From Eledone cirrhosa (lineage: Eukaryota): a stretch of DNA of 64,000 bases. Made by a program: the position numbers and the translations under genes. Location: assembly GCA_964016885.1 (NCBI GenBank), contig OZ024743.1, positions 150,288,001-150,352,000 on the forward strand, in the 5' to 3' direction. How positions within the stretch are numbered: position 1 is the first letter of the stretch; every line of letters begins with the position of its first letter. A model generated the notes under the pieces. It was given only the letters and a program-made list of their open reading frames with translations. It was not told where the DNA came from and made no database searches. Shown piece after piece: positions 25,178-37,930 of this stretch.

Positions 25178-27024
25178 TGGGATAACAAATTATCTTTATA
25201 GGTAATCCAGTTAGAGGTTGTGAGTACTCTGTATTGTGGAGAGTTTAAATGTATGGCGTTGTTTGACTCAACAAGAGGTTTCCTTAGTTAGGTAGCGAGT
25301 TCACAGGAATTCCTATGCAGGTCATTCTTTGAGTAATAATAGTGAAAGAGTGAAGAATAACATGGTCAACAGTACAAAAATGGTTTTATTTACAGTATTA
25401 AGAATTGTTTCATTGATTAAGTAATTTTTAATGAACACGCGAACTACTATAACATAGCTTTACTTAAGGCAGGCCACACAGAGAGGCTCAAATACATACC
25501 ACATAGAGACAACAACAGCAAACCTAAAGACAACTACACTACCCACACCTATAGAAATGGCAAATATAGGACTAAACATACAAATAGACAATGAGCACCA
25601 GAAATAACTGAACCGAATACTAATATAGGGACCCCTAGGAACTATAGAAAATCCAGAGATAGGAAATACTTATGGTTCAATCCAATATTCAACTCCTCTA
25701 TAAAAACCAAACTACCTTCTGCATTCTTTAAACAAATTGACAACCACTTCCCTAAACTACACAAATACCATAAAATCTTTAACAGAAAAACTATCAAACT
25801 ATCTTACTCTACTGCAGCCAACATAGAATCACACACACATAAAATTAACTATAGAAAAATCTCCTACAAACACACACCATAACACCAAATACTAAACACA
25901 AACACATTACAACATCACATCCACACACACGTCAGAACTCATCACAACGAAACATCAACAAACCTAAATCTCAACCCATACATAACAAGATACAAAACCG
26001 CAACGGAGAACCTGCACACAGGAAGGCCTCCAAATGTAACTGCCACTTACCTGATAAGTGGCCACTACAAAATATATGCCTGGAATCAAATATAGTGTAC
26101 CTGTGTATAATCAATTTGGGCAACTTAGTATGGCACTACATAGGTTCTACGGCTGGGGAATTAAAAAAACGAGGGTATGTTCACAGACATTCTATGAAGA
26201 ACCGTAGACTAGAGAACATAACAACGCTGGCCAATAAAATCTGGAAGCTTAAAGACACAAACCAAGAATACAGGATTAGCTGGTCGAAATTATCGGGAGC
26301 AAAGGCCTACGGTAATGGAATGTCCCATTGCGGACTTTGCAATATGGAGCTGTTCCATATTTTAAAGTATGACAAAATGCTCCTTAACAGCAAAATAGAA
26401 CGGTCAATTTTCTGTAGGCACAAAGCAGCTACTAAATTCGCAAATTTCAAACCAACATGATTCGATCCAACAATCCCATAATTCAAGCTGAACCACCCGG
26501 AGTCTATTATAATAACTCCATACCAACCCACTATTATTAACTGTCAACAGACCAACTAATCACTAAATCAACATCATAAATCTCCTAACCTTTCTTTCAC
26601 TCTCTCTCCCTAAAGCTATTTCACCTCTTCCCTTGTATCTTATCATGTATCTTTTCACCTTTCACCTAATTTCTAATTTATTAATTTTATTTTTTATCTG
26701 TTATTTATTAGTATATTCTTTCTTCCTATTCTAACCATCTGTGATTTAACCAATACATATGTATATATTTAATATTTGTTTTCATATTAATAGTATTTAT
26801 ACCCTCATCACATCTTTATACTTACTCACCACTATAACTTTAACCACCACCACCACCACCACTATTATCAACAATCGTATTATGTTCATATTTCTTAAGG
26901 TCGAGTGACACAACTTCGAGTGATTAGCGGCCTTTAGACATACCTAATCAATGAAAAAATTGTTAATACTGTTAATAAAACCCTTTTTGCACTGTTGACC
27001 ATGTTATTCTTCACTCTTTCACTA
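25178..27024 (+). mobile_element. Penelope-like retroelement (5'-truncated) with GIY-YIG endonuclease and inverted 5' terminal repeat
   Basis: From 25445: YYNIALLKAG..., KYLWFNPIFNSSIKT...HFPKLHKYHKIFNRKTIKLSYS, CNC..PL..CLESNIVY...YIGST...CGLC.ME...LLN...CRH, stop at 26460, with an internal stop and a frameshift. About 25340-25420 is the reverse complement of 26945-27024. (TA)n lies on both sides. Confidence 0.88.
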
Positions 27025-27730
27025 TATATATATATACACATATATATATATATATCATCACCATCATCATCACTGCTTAACATCTATTTTTCTATGTCTG
27101 CAGGGGTTAGATGGGTTCCCCATGTCATGAGACAAGTCTGGCCAGTTGGCTGCGCCAACATTGCACAAATGGAACTGTAATTTGGCTGGGATTTTTACAG
27201 CTTGACACCCTTCCTAACCACAACCACGTTTACAGTGTGGAACTGAATGGCACCATTTTGAAAAGGGTCTAGCCAGTAGGCTGCAGCATACCCTGATCAC
27301 ATTGGAACCATAGTTTGGGAGCCGGGTGGTCCCACTATGTGGGAGGTCAGGCCAGTTGGCCATACCAAGCCTTACTCATAGTGGAGCCATGTTACTGGAT
27401 GGTCCCGTTATGAGCCAAGTCTGGCTAGATGGCCACACTGTACCTTGCACAATATCTGGACTGTTACTGTATTTACTCATAGTGAAGCCCTGGGTCGAGC
27501 CATTATGAGGAGGGTATGGCCAGTTGGCCGCACCGACTCCTGCTCACATTAGAACCATAATATTTATATAAGGTAAAAATAAGTAGTCTACTTATGTATT
27601 GAGTTTTCTTTCCCAGAAATATAGCTATTACCAGTATTATTATATTAGTTATTTTCTATATTTGTATAACCTATATAGAAAGGATATAACACTATTCCTT
27701 TGTAGATAGTATCATAGGAGTAATTATTCT

Positions 27731-27757
27731 CTGATGAAGACACAATAATGTCTGAAA
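27731..27757 (+). pseudogene. Truncated hammerhead core
   Basis: CTGATGA-agaca/tgtct-GAAA followed by tacata that runs into the microsatellite. There is no 3' stem I strand. Confidence 0.5.
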
Positions 27758-28307
27758 TACATACATGCATGCATACATATATCTGGACATATGTACATAT
27801 ATACATATATAAACAAATACATACATACACCCACATATATATACATGCATACATACTCACACACACATGCATACATACATCCAGACATATGTACAAATGT
27901 ACATATACACACACACACACATACATATGCACATGCATGCACACATATGGACATATGTACATATATACATATGTACATACATACATATGTACATACATAT
28001 ATATGTACATGCATAAACAAGCACATACACGCACACACATACATACACACACACATATATACATACACACATACATGCATACATATATCTGGACATACAT
28101 ATATATATATACGTACATGCATAAACAAACACATACACACATACATACATACACACATACACACACATACATAAATACATACATACATACATATATACAT
28201 ACATACGTACATACACACACACATACATACATACATACATACATACATACATACGTACATACATACATACATACATACACACACACATACATACATACTT
28301 ACATACT

Positions 28308-28343
<36 letters not shown>

Positions 28344-28386
28344 CATACATACATACATACATACATACATACATACATACATAAAT

Positions 28387-28425
<39 letters not shown>

Positions 28426-28534
28426 TACATACATACATACATACATACACACATACATACATACGTACGTACATAAATACATACACACACACACACACAC
28501 ACATACATACATACATACATACATACATACATAA

Positions 28535-28569
<35 letters not shown>

Positions 28570-28702
28570 TACATACATACATACATACATACATACACAC
28601 ATACACACACACACATACATACATACATACATACATACATACATACACACATACATACATACATACATACATACATACATACATACATACATACATACAT
28701 AC
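27757..28702. repeat. Compound (CATA)n/(CA)n microsatellite of about 950 bp
   Basis: Direct inspection. It is the source of the long CVCMYV-type ORFs. Confidence 0.97.
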
Positions 28703-29359
28703 AAACATAAAGGAATTATCCTAAAACCTGAAACATTTTCTGACACAAGTAACTTTATAGTGAGTGGTTTGATGTAGGTTTTGATGATATATTCTTTATA
28801 AAAACAGATCCAACGCATTTCGTAAAACGGGTTGTTGTAAGAACTTTTCTGAAAAGTAATATTTTATCAAATTCTTATCTTTTTTGTTTTGATTTCATTT
28901 ATAGTTCAAATTCATATTTTATTTAAATCTAGCTGATTCCATGTTATTAAAATATATATATGACTATATACAAATGTTCTGATATTGAAACTTTAAAGGG
29001 ATGTACTCACAACCACATAAAATATATACATATATGCACATATGTTTTTATGATTGCATGAATAAATAATTTTATATAAAGATGCTCTCTCTCTCTTTTT
29101 CTCTGTATATATATATTATGTGTGTGTGCATATCACTTTATATTTACATATATCACCATGATATTCATACATGTTTGTGTGTATATTTGTTTGGCAGTTT
29201 TACTGTATATGAAGTTTGCAATGATATATATAGGTAAGCAGGCTGCATACAGCCATATAAGTAATATTCATTACATTATATAATATACACATACCTACAC
29301 ACATCTGTGAGTGTTTACATTTGCCTATGGAAACATTATACATTGAAGCATGTATGTAT

Positions 29360-29396
<37 letters not shown>

Positions 29397-29441
29397 TTAA
29401 ATGTACACACATATATATATATATGTGTGTGTGTGAGTGTA

Positions 29442-29492
<51 letters not shown>

Positions 29493-30734
29493 CTCTGTCT
29501 GTGTCTGTGTGTGTATCTCTGTGTCTGTGTAATGTAAATAAAATTTCACCTTTAATAGAGTGTTTTACAATATTTTGTCTGCTCGTCATCAATTCACACA
29601 AAGATTAAACTGCAGTATTCAGCAACGATAAATTACACAAGATTTAATTTATTGTTTATTACTTTTAAATTATTTTTTTTTAAATTTATGTATCAAAATC
29701 AAAATCTATCACGACAGAAAATATTAATATTTTCCCATTTGCTTTTTCTTTAAAAAAAAGAAATGAAACGAAAAAAAATTAAAATTAAAAAAATAGCATT
29801 TTTTAATCTATTTAATTAGTTATTCCTTTTTATGTGTATTATCTATTTAAAGATATATTAAAAACACTCTTTTGAATGAAGAACATTTTTAATCAGTTTA
29901 TAAAAAAAATCATAACTTTGTACGTAAGTCCTGATAAAATGTAACTGCCTAAAGCTATGGTTTGATCCCCTTTCAAATTCATGAAGCAAAAATCAAATAT
30001 AAAACCAAGTAAAATTATAATGTCTGAAATTTATGAATTTCAAATATTACAAAACATCATTTTTCAATTTTTCTACAATATATTTCATATCTGAAAATTA
30101 ATTGTTATTTTGTAGTAAAGGGTGAAGTGTGGGTCTTTTATTTCTTTTTTTAGTTGGCTGTATAGATGGATAATGTGCAGTTTACATATCAATCTAGTTG
30201 TTGTTTGGCCCACCATAATGATCAAAATCATCATCATTATTATCATTCATTATCGCTTTTAGCAAAAGTTGGCTGGACTGTTACTGAGTGTTACTACTTA
30301 TTAGATCTACTGAGCTCTCAGACAAGCTAGGAGCCTTATTCATGCTTACAGACATTCCTGCACCAACACTGGTGAAGTTGTCATATCTTTGATGCAGCTG
30401 ATGGATCCTCCTGATCCTTTATTTGGTAGGTTTTCTATGAATAGATACCCTTCTTATCATCTACTTTACAGAGTGTAGTGGATACACATATCGTGGAGAT
30501 CACCAGCACTAGAGTGGTTGTCATGCCTTTAGCACAACTGAAGACTCTTCTCAACACTTTCTTGGCATGGTTTCTACAGCTGGATGCGCTTCTTATCAAC
30601 AACTATTTTACAGTGTAGAGGGTACTTTTGCCTGGTAAAAGTGTTTTTTCTATTTCCATGCCTTCTTTCTCCAGATTGGCTTTTGTTGCTCTCTGTCAAT
30701 CTCTTTTGTCAATCTGTATATGTGTCTGTGAATA

Positions 30735-31774
30735 CATACATACATACATGGTGGCTGCCAACTCGTTTTCGAGTACGGCCACTACTTTATATCCATGTAG
30801 GAGAACCCCTACTGATGCGCTGAACGAGTGTGACTTTTTAGTCCAGCCAGCGACTTGAAAGCTCTGGTACAAACACTACACTTGTGACAATTATTGACAC
30901 ATAGTGCTGGGCCCATGGTACCATGTGACGACAAATGCAGAGAGATCTCCAGATATAAAGCAATGCCTGTGCCGTGAAGCTTTTATAGTGAGCAAAGGCA
31001 CTGCACAAAGCCAGTCCCACTCTCTTAACCAAGATGATATTTACCAAAAAGAAGAACAAGTCAACATCATTGGATACCATCAGGGTTGCAGGTGTTATAT
31101 CAGAGTTTTCCTTCTCCTAGAATTCTGCCTTGACAAAGGCTAAGGGGTCATCTCTCCCGGTGATTTTGGATGGCCATTGACTCTTAAGAGCTCCTTTGCC
31201 TTTTGACAGGTTTTGTTTTTAGTCCTGCAGGATGTCCAAAGTCACCCTCCTCACCAAGAAACCTTGGTGGGGTTGCCAGTTTAGTCGCCAACGACCCGAC
31301 CATGGGACAGGTTGTACTGGAATACATGTTACCAGTAGCACCAACTGGTGACCTGACATAACATACATACATACATACATACATACATACATACATACAT
31401 ACATACATACATACATACATCCATGATGGGTGCAAACCCTGCTAAGAGTACTGCAATCGCTTGTCAGATTATAGAGTTTGGTGCACTTTTAGGGTACGGT
31501 CAGGCACACGAACCTGTAACATATCCTGAACAAGCAATGCCTGTGCTTTGATGGTTTTGAAGTGGGGAAAGGCTTTGCACTTGACCAATCCCACTCTTTG
31601 AGCATCAAAATCACTACCCCAAAAGGAGAACTTGTCAACATCATCGGATGCTTCCGAAGCAGCAGGATTTTTTTTTCAGAGTTTCCCTCTCTTAGAAAGG
31701 TGTTGTGTCAACAACTGGGAGCCTTTCACTCCCAGGTGGGGGGAAAAAATACTATTTGGATGGCCGTTGACTCT
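30735..31774 (-). mobile_element. Two diverged copies (about 30735-31184 and 31362-31774) of a retroposon with a (TATG)n tail
   Basis: Shared blocks gcaatgcctgtgc, tcccactct, gtcaacatcat.ggat, gagttt.c.t...tagaa and a shared boundary tttggatggcc.ttgactct. Each starts at (cata)n. Confidence 0.6.
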
Positions 31775-31784
31775 GACACAGGAA

Positions 31785-31825
31785 CGATGTACTAGTTTCA
31801 AGCTTATTTGCTATCGTCAGCACCG
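31785..31825 (-). ncRNA. Minimal type I hammerhead ribozyme motif
   Basis: Minus strand reads cggtg-CTGACGA-tagc aaataa gctt-GAAA-ctag-TA-catcg. Confidence 0.78.
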
Positions 31826-32219
31826 TATACCTTCCTGCCAGATGATTGAACGTCTGAAAGTATATACTTTCCTTATGCATATTAACGGCTGGGCAGCTTA
31901 ATTTGCATATCGAGTGAGTTAGTCGGCCGGGCGCACCGAAAACGATAAATGGAAAAGAATGAAACGAAATTTTATTTCTCACTCTTATTACGGCTGTTAC
32001 TTAAATATAAGTATGTATGGATACATACATACATATATGTATACAGACGTACAGTAGTAGGTATGTATATACATAAATGCACATATATATATATGTACGT
32101 ATGGGTTTACCGAACATTTATTATAATGCTCGGGTTTGTTTGTAAACAAACAGCCCGAATTATGCCGTACAGTGTTCAGGCAACCATCGTCACCTTTTTG
32201 TTCAACACTGACACAGGAA

Positions 32220-32260
32220 CGATGTACTAGTTTCAAACTTATTAGCTATCGTCAGCATCG
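32220..32260 (-). ncRNA. Minimal type I hammerhead ribozyme motif
   Basis: Minus strand reads cgatg-CTGACGA-tagct aata agttt-GAAA-ctag-TA-catcg. Stem I can be extended (agg/cct, ctgaca/tgtcag) over 32208-32276. Confidence 0.82.
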
Positions 32261-33435
32261 TATACCTTTCTGTCAGATGGTTGAACGTCTGAAAGTATAT
32301 ACTTTCCTTATGCATATTAACGGCTGAGCAGCCTAATTTGCATATCGAGTGAGTTAGTTGGCCGAGCGCACCGAAAACGATAAATGGAAAAGAATGAAAC
32401 GAAATTTCATTTCTCACTCTTAGTACGGCTGGTACTTAAATGTAAGTAGGTATGTATACGTACATACATATATGTATATACTTTCAGACGTTCAACACTG
32501 TACGGCGTAATTCGGGCTGTTTGTTTGTTTACAAACAAACCGAACATTATAATAAATGTTCGTTAAACCCATACGTACATATATATATGTGTGCATGTAT
32601 GTATATATATACATACTACTGTACGTCTGTATACATATATGTATGTACGTATACATACATACTTACATATATATATATATATACATAAATATATATAACT
32701 TAACAGATAAATTAACAGAGAGGATAAGACAACAAATGAAAGCAAGGCAAAACAAAAAAAAACACTCTTTTAAAGAGGACCTTAAAAAATTGTTTTTTAA
32801 AACAGTAAAAATATACAAACGAAAGACCCAGAACTCCAGGGACATCAGTCGCTGAGATGGACTTTGACAGTTTAGACCCCTACCATCAGTTCTGCTGGTC
32901 TACCCAGGGTCACAGCATCCCACACAAGCTTAGCATTGTCTATATATATGCCTACAGTAACTGTGCGTTACACTTCCTGGATATATATATATGTCAAATT
33001 AGTACCACAACAAATTAACTACCCGTACTTGAGGACGACACACATTTCACCTAGTGGATTTTCAACCTGTGCATGGACATGCTGAACTTCCATTCTCAGC
33101 ACAGCCATATATATATATATAAAATTGGTGGTAATAAGAGAGAGAGAGAGAGAGTGAGGGGAGGGGGGGTAAGACAAAATGTAGAATGAGACGTAGAGGG
33201 TGTAGAAGAACATAGGAAAGTATGTAAAAATAAATGTTTCTACTTTAGGCACAAGGCCAGCAATTACCCAGTGCATTACTGGTACTTTATTTTATCGACC
33301 ACGTAAGGATGAAAGGCAAAGTCAACCTCGGCGGTAAAAATAATAACACGAGATAGAGTTACCTAGGAAGTGATTTAATTGTCCCTATATTTCGGATTTT
33401 GTATCCATCAACTGGGGGTTTTCCGAGGGGAAAAG

Positions 33436-33531
33436 TTTTTAGTCAGAAAGGGACAACACGTGCCATCTATTGTTTATTGTATGCACACGATAAACAATAG
33501 AGTCCACGTGTTGTACCTCTCCGACTAAAAA
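33436..33531. repeat. Imperfect fold-back hairpin next to (TA)n
   Basis: tttttagtc..acaacacgtg..tctattgtttat / ataaacaataga..cacgtgttgt..gactaaaaa. Confidence 0.8.
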
Positions 33532-33535
33532 CACT

Positions 33536-33581
<46 letters not shown>

Positions 33582-33781
33582 TTTTCCCTGAGTCAGTTTT
33601 TTCGTTGTTCTGGTCCTAGCGGCTCGGCTTTTCGGTCGCTGGCTTCAATTTGCATAGCTGTCTAAACGTAATGTTATAACTCTAAGGTAAAATTCCTTAT
33701 TGAGTGTTTTTGACTGCACTTCCCGACAGCATTCGTTAGCTTGCCTGCAATCAGAGCTTCGATTATGCTGTACTACCTTCT

Positions 33782-33830
<49 letters not shown>

Positions 33831-34811
33831 AACATGGGGAGAAGAATACTGCATGGTTGCACATGGATTACATATTATAAAATTAGGCCCTCATCAGTGA
33901 TTTGCCAACGATCATTGGTATTTCATCGCATTATATATATATATATATATGTCATCGCATTATATATATATATATGAAACGATTTCCTAGATATCCAAAT
34001 TTAAACTCAAGAATTACTTGAGTAGATGTTATAAAATTACAATATTTTGCAAACATCTGTCAATCAACTGTAAATCAAAAATTAGCATTTTTTTTAATTG
34101 ATTACATTGACCAAATCAAACAGAAAAATGCACTATACTTAGGGCACAAAACAATGACTGTTAGTTTGTAACCAATATATGTTTTGTTAGTATCAGTGTG
34201 CATTTGTTAAGTAAATTATAGAAGTCTTTCAATAAACAGAGTATTGATAAATTATTCATTACTTAAATTTGATCAATTTTGCTAATATTTTTCTTTTAAT
34301 ATTTGTGTTTATTTTGTGGGGGATCACTTTATTATGGGTATATGCTAATAGGATAGTTTCATTTATGTTATATTCTAAAGACATCAATTAAAATTAAATG
34401 GCACTTCATTAATTCTGATACTTTTATTATTCAATTAGAAAAGGAAGACTGAACTCAGCAGACAAAAATCAACACTTCTAACAATGCAAAAGAGATATTG
34501 TAATGAAATCAATTAAACGATATCATACAAATTGTTACATACTTAGTTAATTAGTTTATTTGTACTATTTCATTTTGTTTCATTCTTCGTAACTTGTAGT
34601 CTTGCATAAATGATGGAACAGAACAGTTTTCAAATTAAAGAACTAATGACATGAGGATTTTTTTTCTTTTAACCTTCCCTAATTCTATAAAAAAATAACA
34701 AACTTTTCATCACCTTAACTCTTGAATACCAATTATATTAAATGGCATGCAATAGTAAATTTACAAATAATCACAATCTTATTTTGTGTCTATAAAATAT
34801 TGCCATTATTT

Positions 34812-35000
34812 TGTGGATTGGCAGTATTGGTAGAGGGTTGAACGCCATGTTTTGCATCATAGAGTTACACCCCTTTACGGTCTGAGTTCAAATCCCGCCA
34901 AGGTTAACTTTGCCTTTCATCCTTACGGGGTCAATAAAATAAAGTACCAGTAATGCACTGGGATAATTCCTGGCCTTGTGCCAGAAATCGAAACAATTAT
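34812..35000 (+). mobile_element. SINE family A, full length (other copies at about 12015, 18985, 22479, 33232, 38254, 42015 and 53803)
   Basis: A-box-like tggcagtattggt, B box gagttcaaatcc and the conserved central domain. Confidence 0.8.
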
Positions 35001-36083
35001 TTTGCAGGTCTTTCAAACAATAACAGGCTTAACAATCTTGGATTGATTATTGAGAGACATTAAAAAATGTTGAAAAATGAAAAATTGTGTTACCCCAATT
35101 TGCAGAAAATTTCTGGTGGGAGCTGGAATGAAAATGCTTATGCTGTGACTCCAAGCACTAAATAAATCAGAATCCACCATTGTATTGCTTACAATATATA
35201 GCATATCATCAAAAAAGAAAAAAACGTAATGTTACAATATCTTCATGTAGAAATTACAAAACAAAAACTATATAAATTAACTTGCACCACCTTAAAAGCT
35301 ACAATATTATCGTATTAGCACATCTACAGATGATATACCATTGTAAAAATATACCTGCTGTTTCCATACAAAAATACATTCTATTATAACAAAAAGTGAT
35401 GTATTGTTTTAGACCCAAATATATACTCACTATAAAAGATATATCTAACAATATCAGTAAATATCCTCATACTAATACTGCAGAAATAGTATATTATACT
35501 GAGAAAAACGTCAGAAACTTCTCTCACGATAAATATGTGACAAAATAAAATGGAGGATCAGCTTATACTCAAGGTCTATATTTTGCTGATTTTCACCAAC
35601 TTCAAAATCTATGTAAATGAGGTGCTAAGATATTTTTGCTTTGGAAGTGGATATTACACCATTTATATTTTGCAGGTGAATATTACACCAGTTATTATTT
35701 TTTGCGTATAATTCATATTTCCCATTGTTTTTTTTATGTTTTGAATGAATATATCCTTCAAAACAGTCAGAAATTGGTAAAAAATCATTATATAATGGAG
35801 TTGTGAAACAAAAACTATACTCTAAATGACACAGAATATTTTAACCCACCTGTAACCGGCCAGAATTCTCTCAATTCTTTCTGTTCAAACCTGTTCAAAG
35901 CCTTTACTGTGAAAATACAGTAGTAAATATAGAGTAATGTAAATGCTAAAAGGTTAGATATCAAAATATTAAAACTTCATGAATATATTCTCCACTCATA
36001 TTCTGCACTATCTAAACATAATGTATTTATTTACCTGTCTCAGCTTCTGAATGGGGTTTGGATTTTTGCCTATTCCTCAGACA

Positions 36084-36518
36084 AGTCGAGCTTTACTTTA
36101 ATTTTTATCATTAGTTAATTAACTAATTCATTCATCGGTTGGTTTAGTAACCCAATAGTTATTTAATTGTCAATGGTTATTTGATTGTCAAAAGCTTCAA
36201 ATATTTGACAATTAAATAACCAACCGATGAATGAATTAGTTCTTTTTAGCATCAAAGATTATCAAACATTTGACACTTTTGTCACATATTCTCTGACTTT
36301 CTCAATTGTAAAGGTCAGAGAATATGTGACAAAAGCATTTGACAATTAAATAATCATTGGGTTACTAAACCAACCGATGTGTCTCCTCTTCATTTGATTT
36401 CTAGTTACTTCTGAGGAGAATGTGTTATCTTTGACAATTAAATAACCATCCAGTTACTAAACCAAGCAATTAATGAATTAGTTACCTGATTAACAAAAAC
36501 CAAAGTGAAACTCAACTG
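36084..36518. repeat. Complex nested inverted-repeat element (MITE-like)
   Basis: Module 36121-36173 recurs inverted at 36205-36241, 36339-36379 and 36431-36484. A separate hairpin pairs 36276-36300 with 36310-36335. Confidence 0.75.
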
Positions 36519-36549
36519 GCGAATGTGTTTTTATTGTCAGCATGACCCA

Positions 36550-37930
36550 CCCAAAGTATAAGAGCAAAGGGAATGCAGAAGCGAGAGGAAACTATGGGGG
36601 CACCAAATTAACGAACCAGGCTGTGAAAGTTATGGAAATAGTTATAGTACAACTAACGAGGGATCAAGTTAGCCTAGAAAAGATGCAATTTGGCTTTGTG
36701 CCAGATAGAAGGACAATTGATGCTCTTTGTCATGTAAGACAACTGCAGGAGAAATATTTAGCTATCACTTAACCTCTCTAAGCATTCATTAACCTAGAGA
36801 AGGCTTTAGTGAGAGTATTTTGCTCCATAAAATGGAAATATCTTTGGAAAATGGGGTAAATGAATTGGTTGTGAGGGCTGCATAAGTCATGTACAGAAGC
36901 ATTAATCAGTAAAATGAAAATGAATGAAGAATATAGTGAAGAATTCAGCATGAGAGTCGGTGTCCATCAGGGTTCCGTCCTTAACCATCTTCTGTTTATA
37001 ATAGTCCCTCAAACCATAACAGAGGAGTTTAAGACTGGCTCTCCATGGAAACTCCTGTATGCAGATGATCTAGTCCTCATAGCTGAGTCTGTTTTAAAAC
37101 TAGAGAAGGAATTCCAGACTTGGAGGAAGAACCTGGAATCAATAGGCTTCAAAGCTAACTTAACTAAGACTAAAGTCAAAGTAAGTAGAAAAAATGACAG
37201 GGCTCTAATTCCATCATGGAAATGGCACTATTAAAGATTCCCTACAGTATACAAAATGTAAACCATGGGTACAGTGTAGCTCGATATATGATAGGCTAAC
37301 AAAAAATGTAATCTATGTGTGTGGCGGATGCTCAAGAGCAGTGAGCAGTGAATGCTCACATGGAACAGACCTATCAAATGCTCTGATCGCTCCTTTAAAG
37401 TGATTGTCAACTTCTGCTATCTAGGTTACTTAATTAGCAGTGGTGGAGAATGTTCTAGAAGTACAGTAGCTAGAATGAGGACAAGTTGGAAAAAGTACAT
37501 GGAGCTACTACCTCTGCAGTCTGCAAAAGTTTTCTACCTGAGAACAAAAAGCAGGTTGCATGATACCTGTGTGAGAACTGCAATACTGCATGCAAGTGAA
37601 ACAAGAGCCCCGAATGCAATGAATCTGCAAAGATTGAGAAAAAAATTGAAGGAAGCATACTCTGAGGAACGTGTAATCTTAGTGTGCATGAGAGACAAAG
37701 CATCGGAAAAGCTGAGGGTTTAGATGATGTATATAAGACAGATGACTTGTTTGGGCATGTGATGGTTATGAAGGCAGGCAGCTACATAAAATATGTGCAA
37801 AGTACTCAAAGTTAAGGTAAACTGGGGAAGAGATAAGTGCAGGAAAACTTGGGATGATCTTATAAAGCAGAACCTCATGAAGGAGATGACACAAGATCGA
37901 GTCAACTGGAGATATTTCATACAGCTGAAA
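36550..37930 (+). mobile_element. RTE LINE remnant (RT to 3' end)
   Basis: QFGFVPDRRTIDA, GVHQGSVL, LLYADDL, FCYLG and GR..RKTW, with several stops and frameshifts. Confidence 0.9.

Larger units (their letters stand above)
31773..32670 (-). mobile_element. Non-coding hammerhead-bearing tandem element (retrozyme-like / non-autonomous Penelope-like)
   Basis: Direct repeat 31773-32044 / 32208-32479 (period 435), plus an inverted copy of about 32005-32176 at about 32494-32670. One hammerhead per unit. Confidence 0.75.

Noticed and set aside
27645-28818. Long ORFs of 122-364 aa (CVCMYV/HTYI)
   Set aside because: Microsatellite read-through in several frames on both strands.
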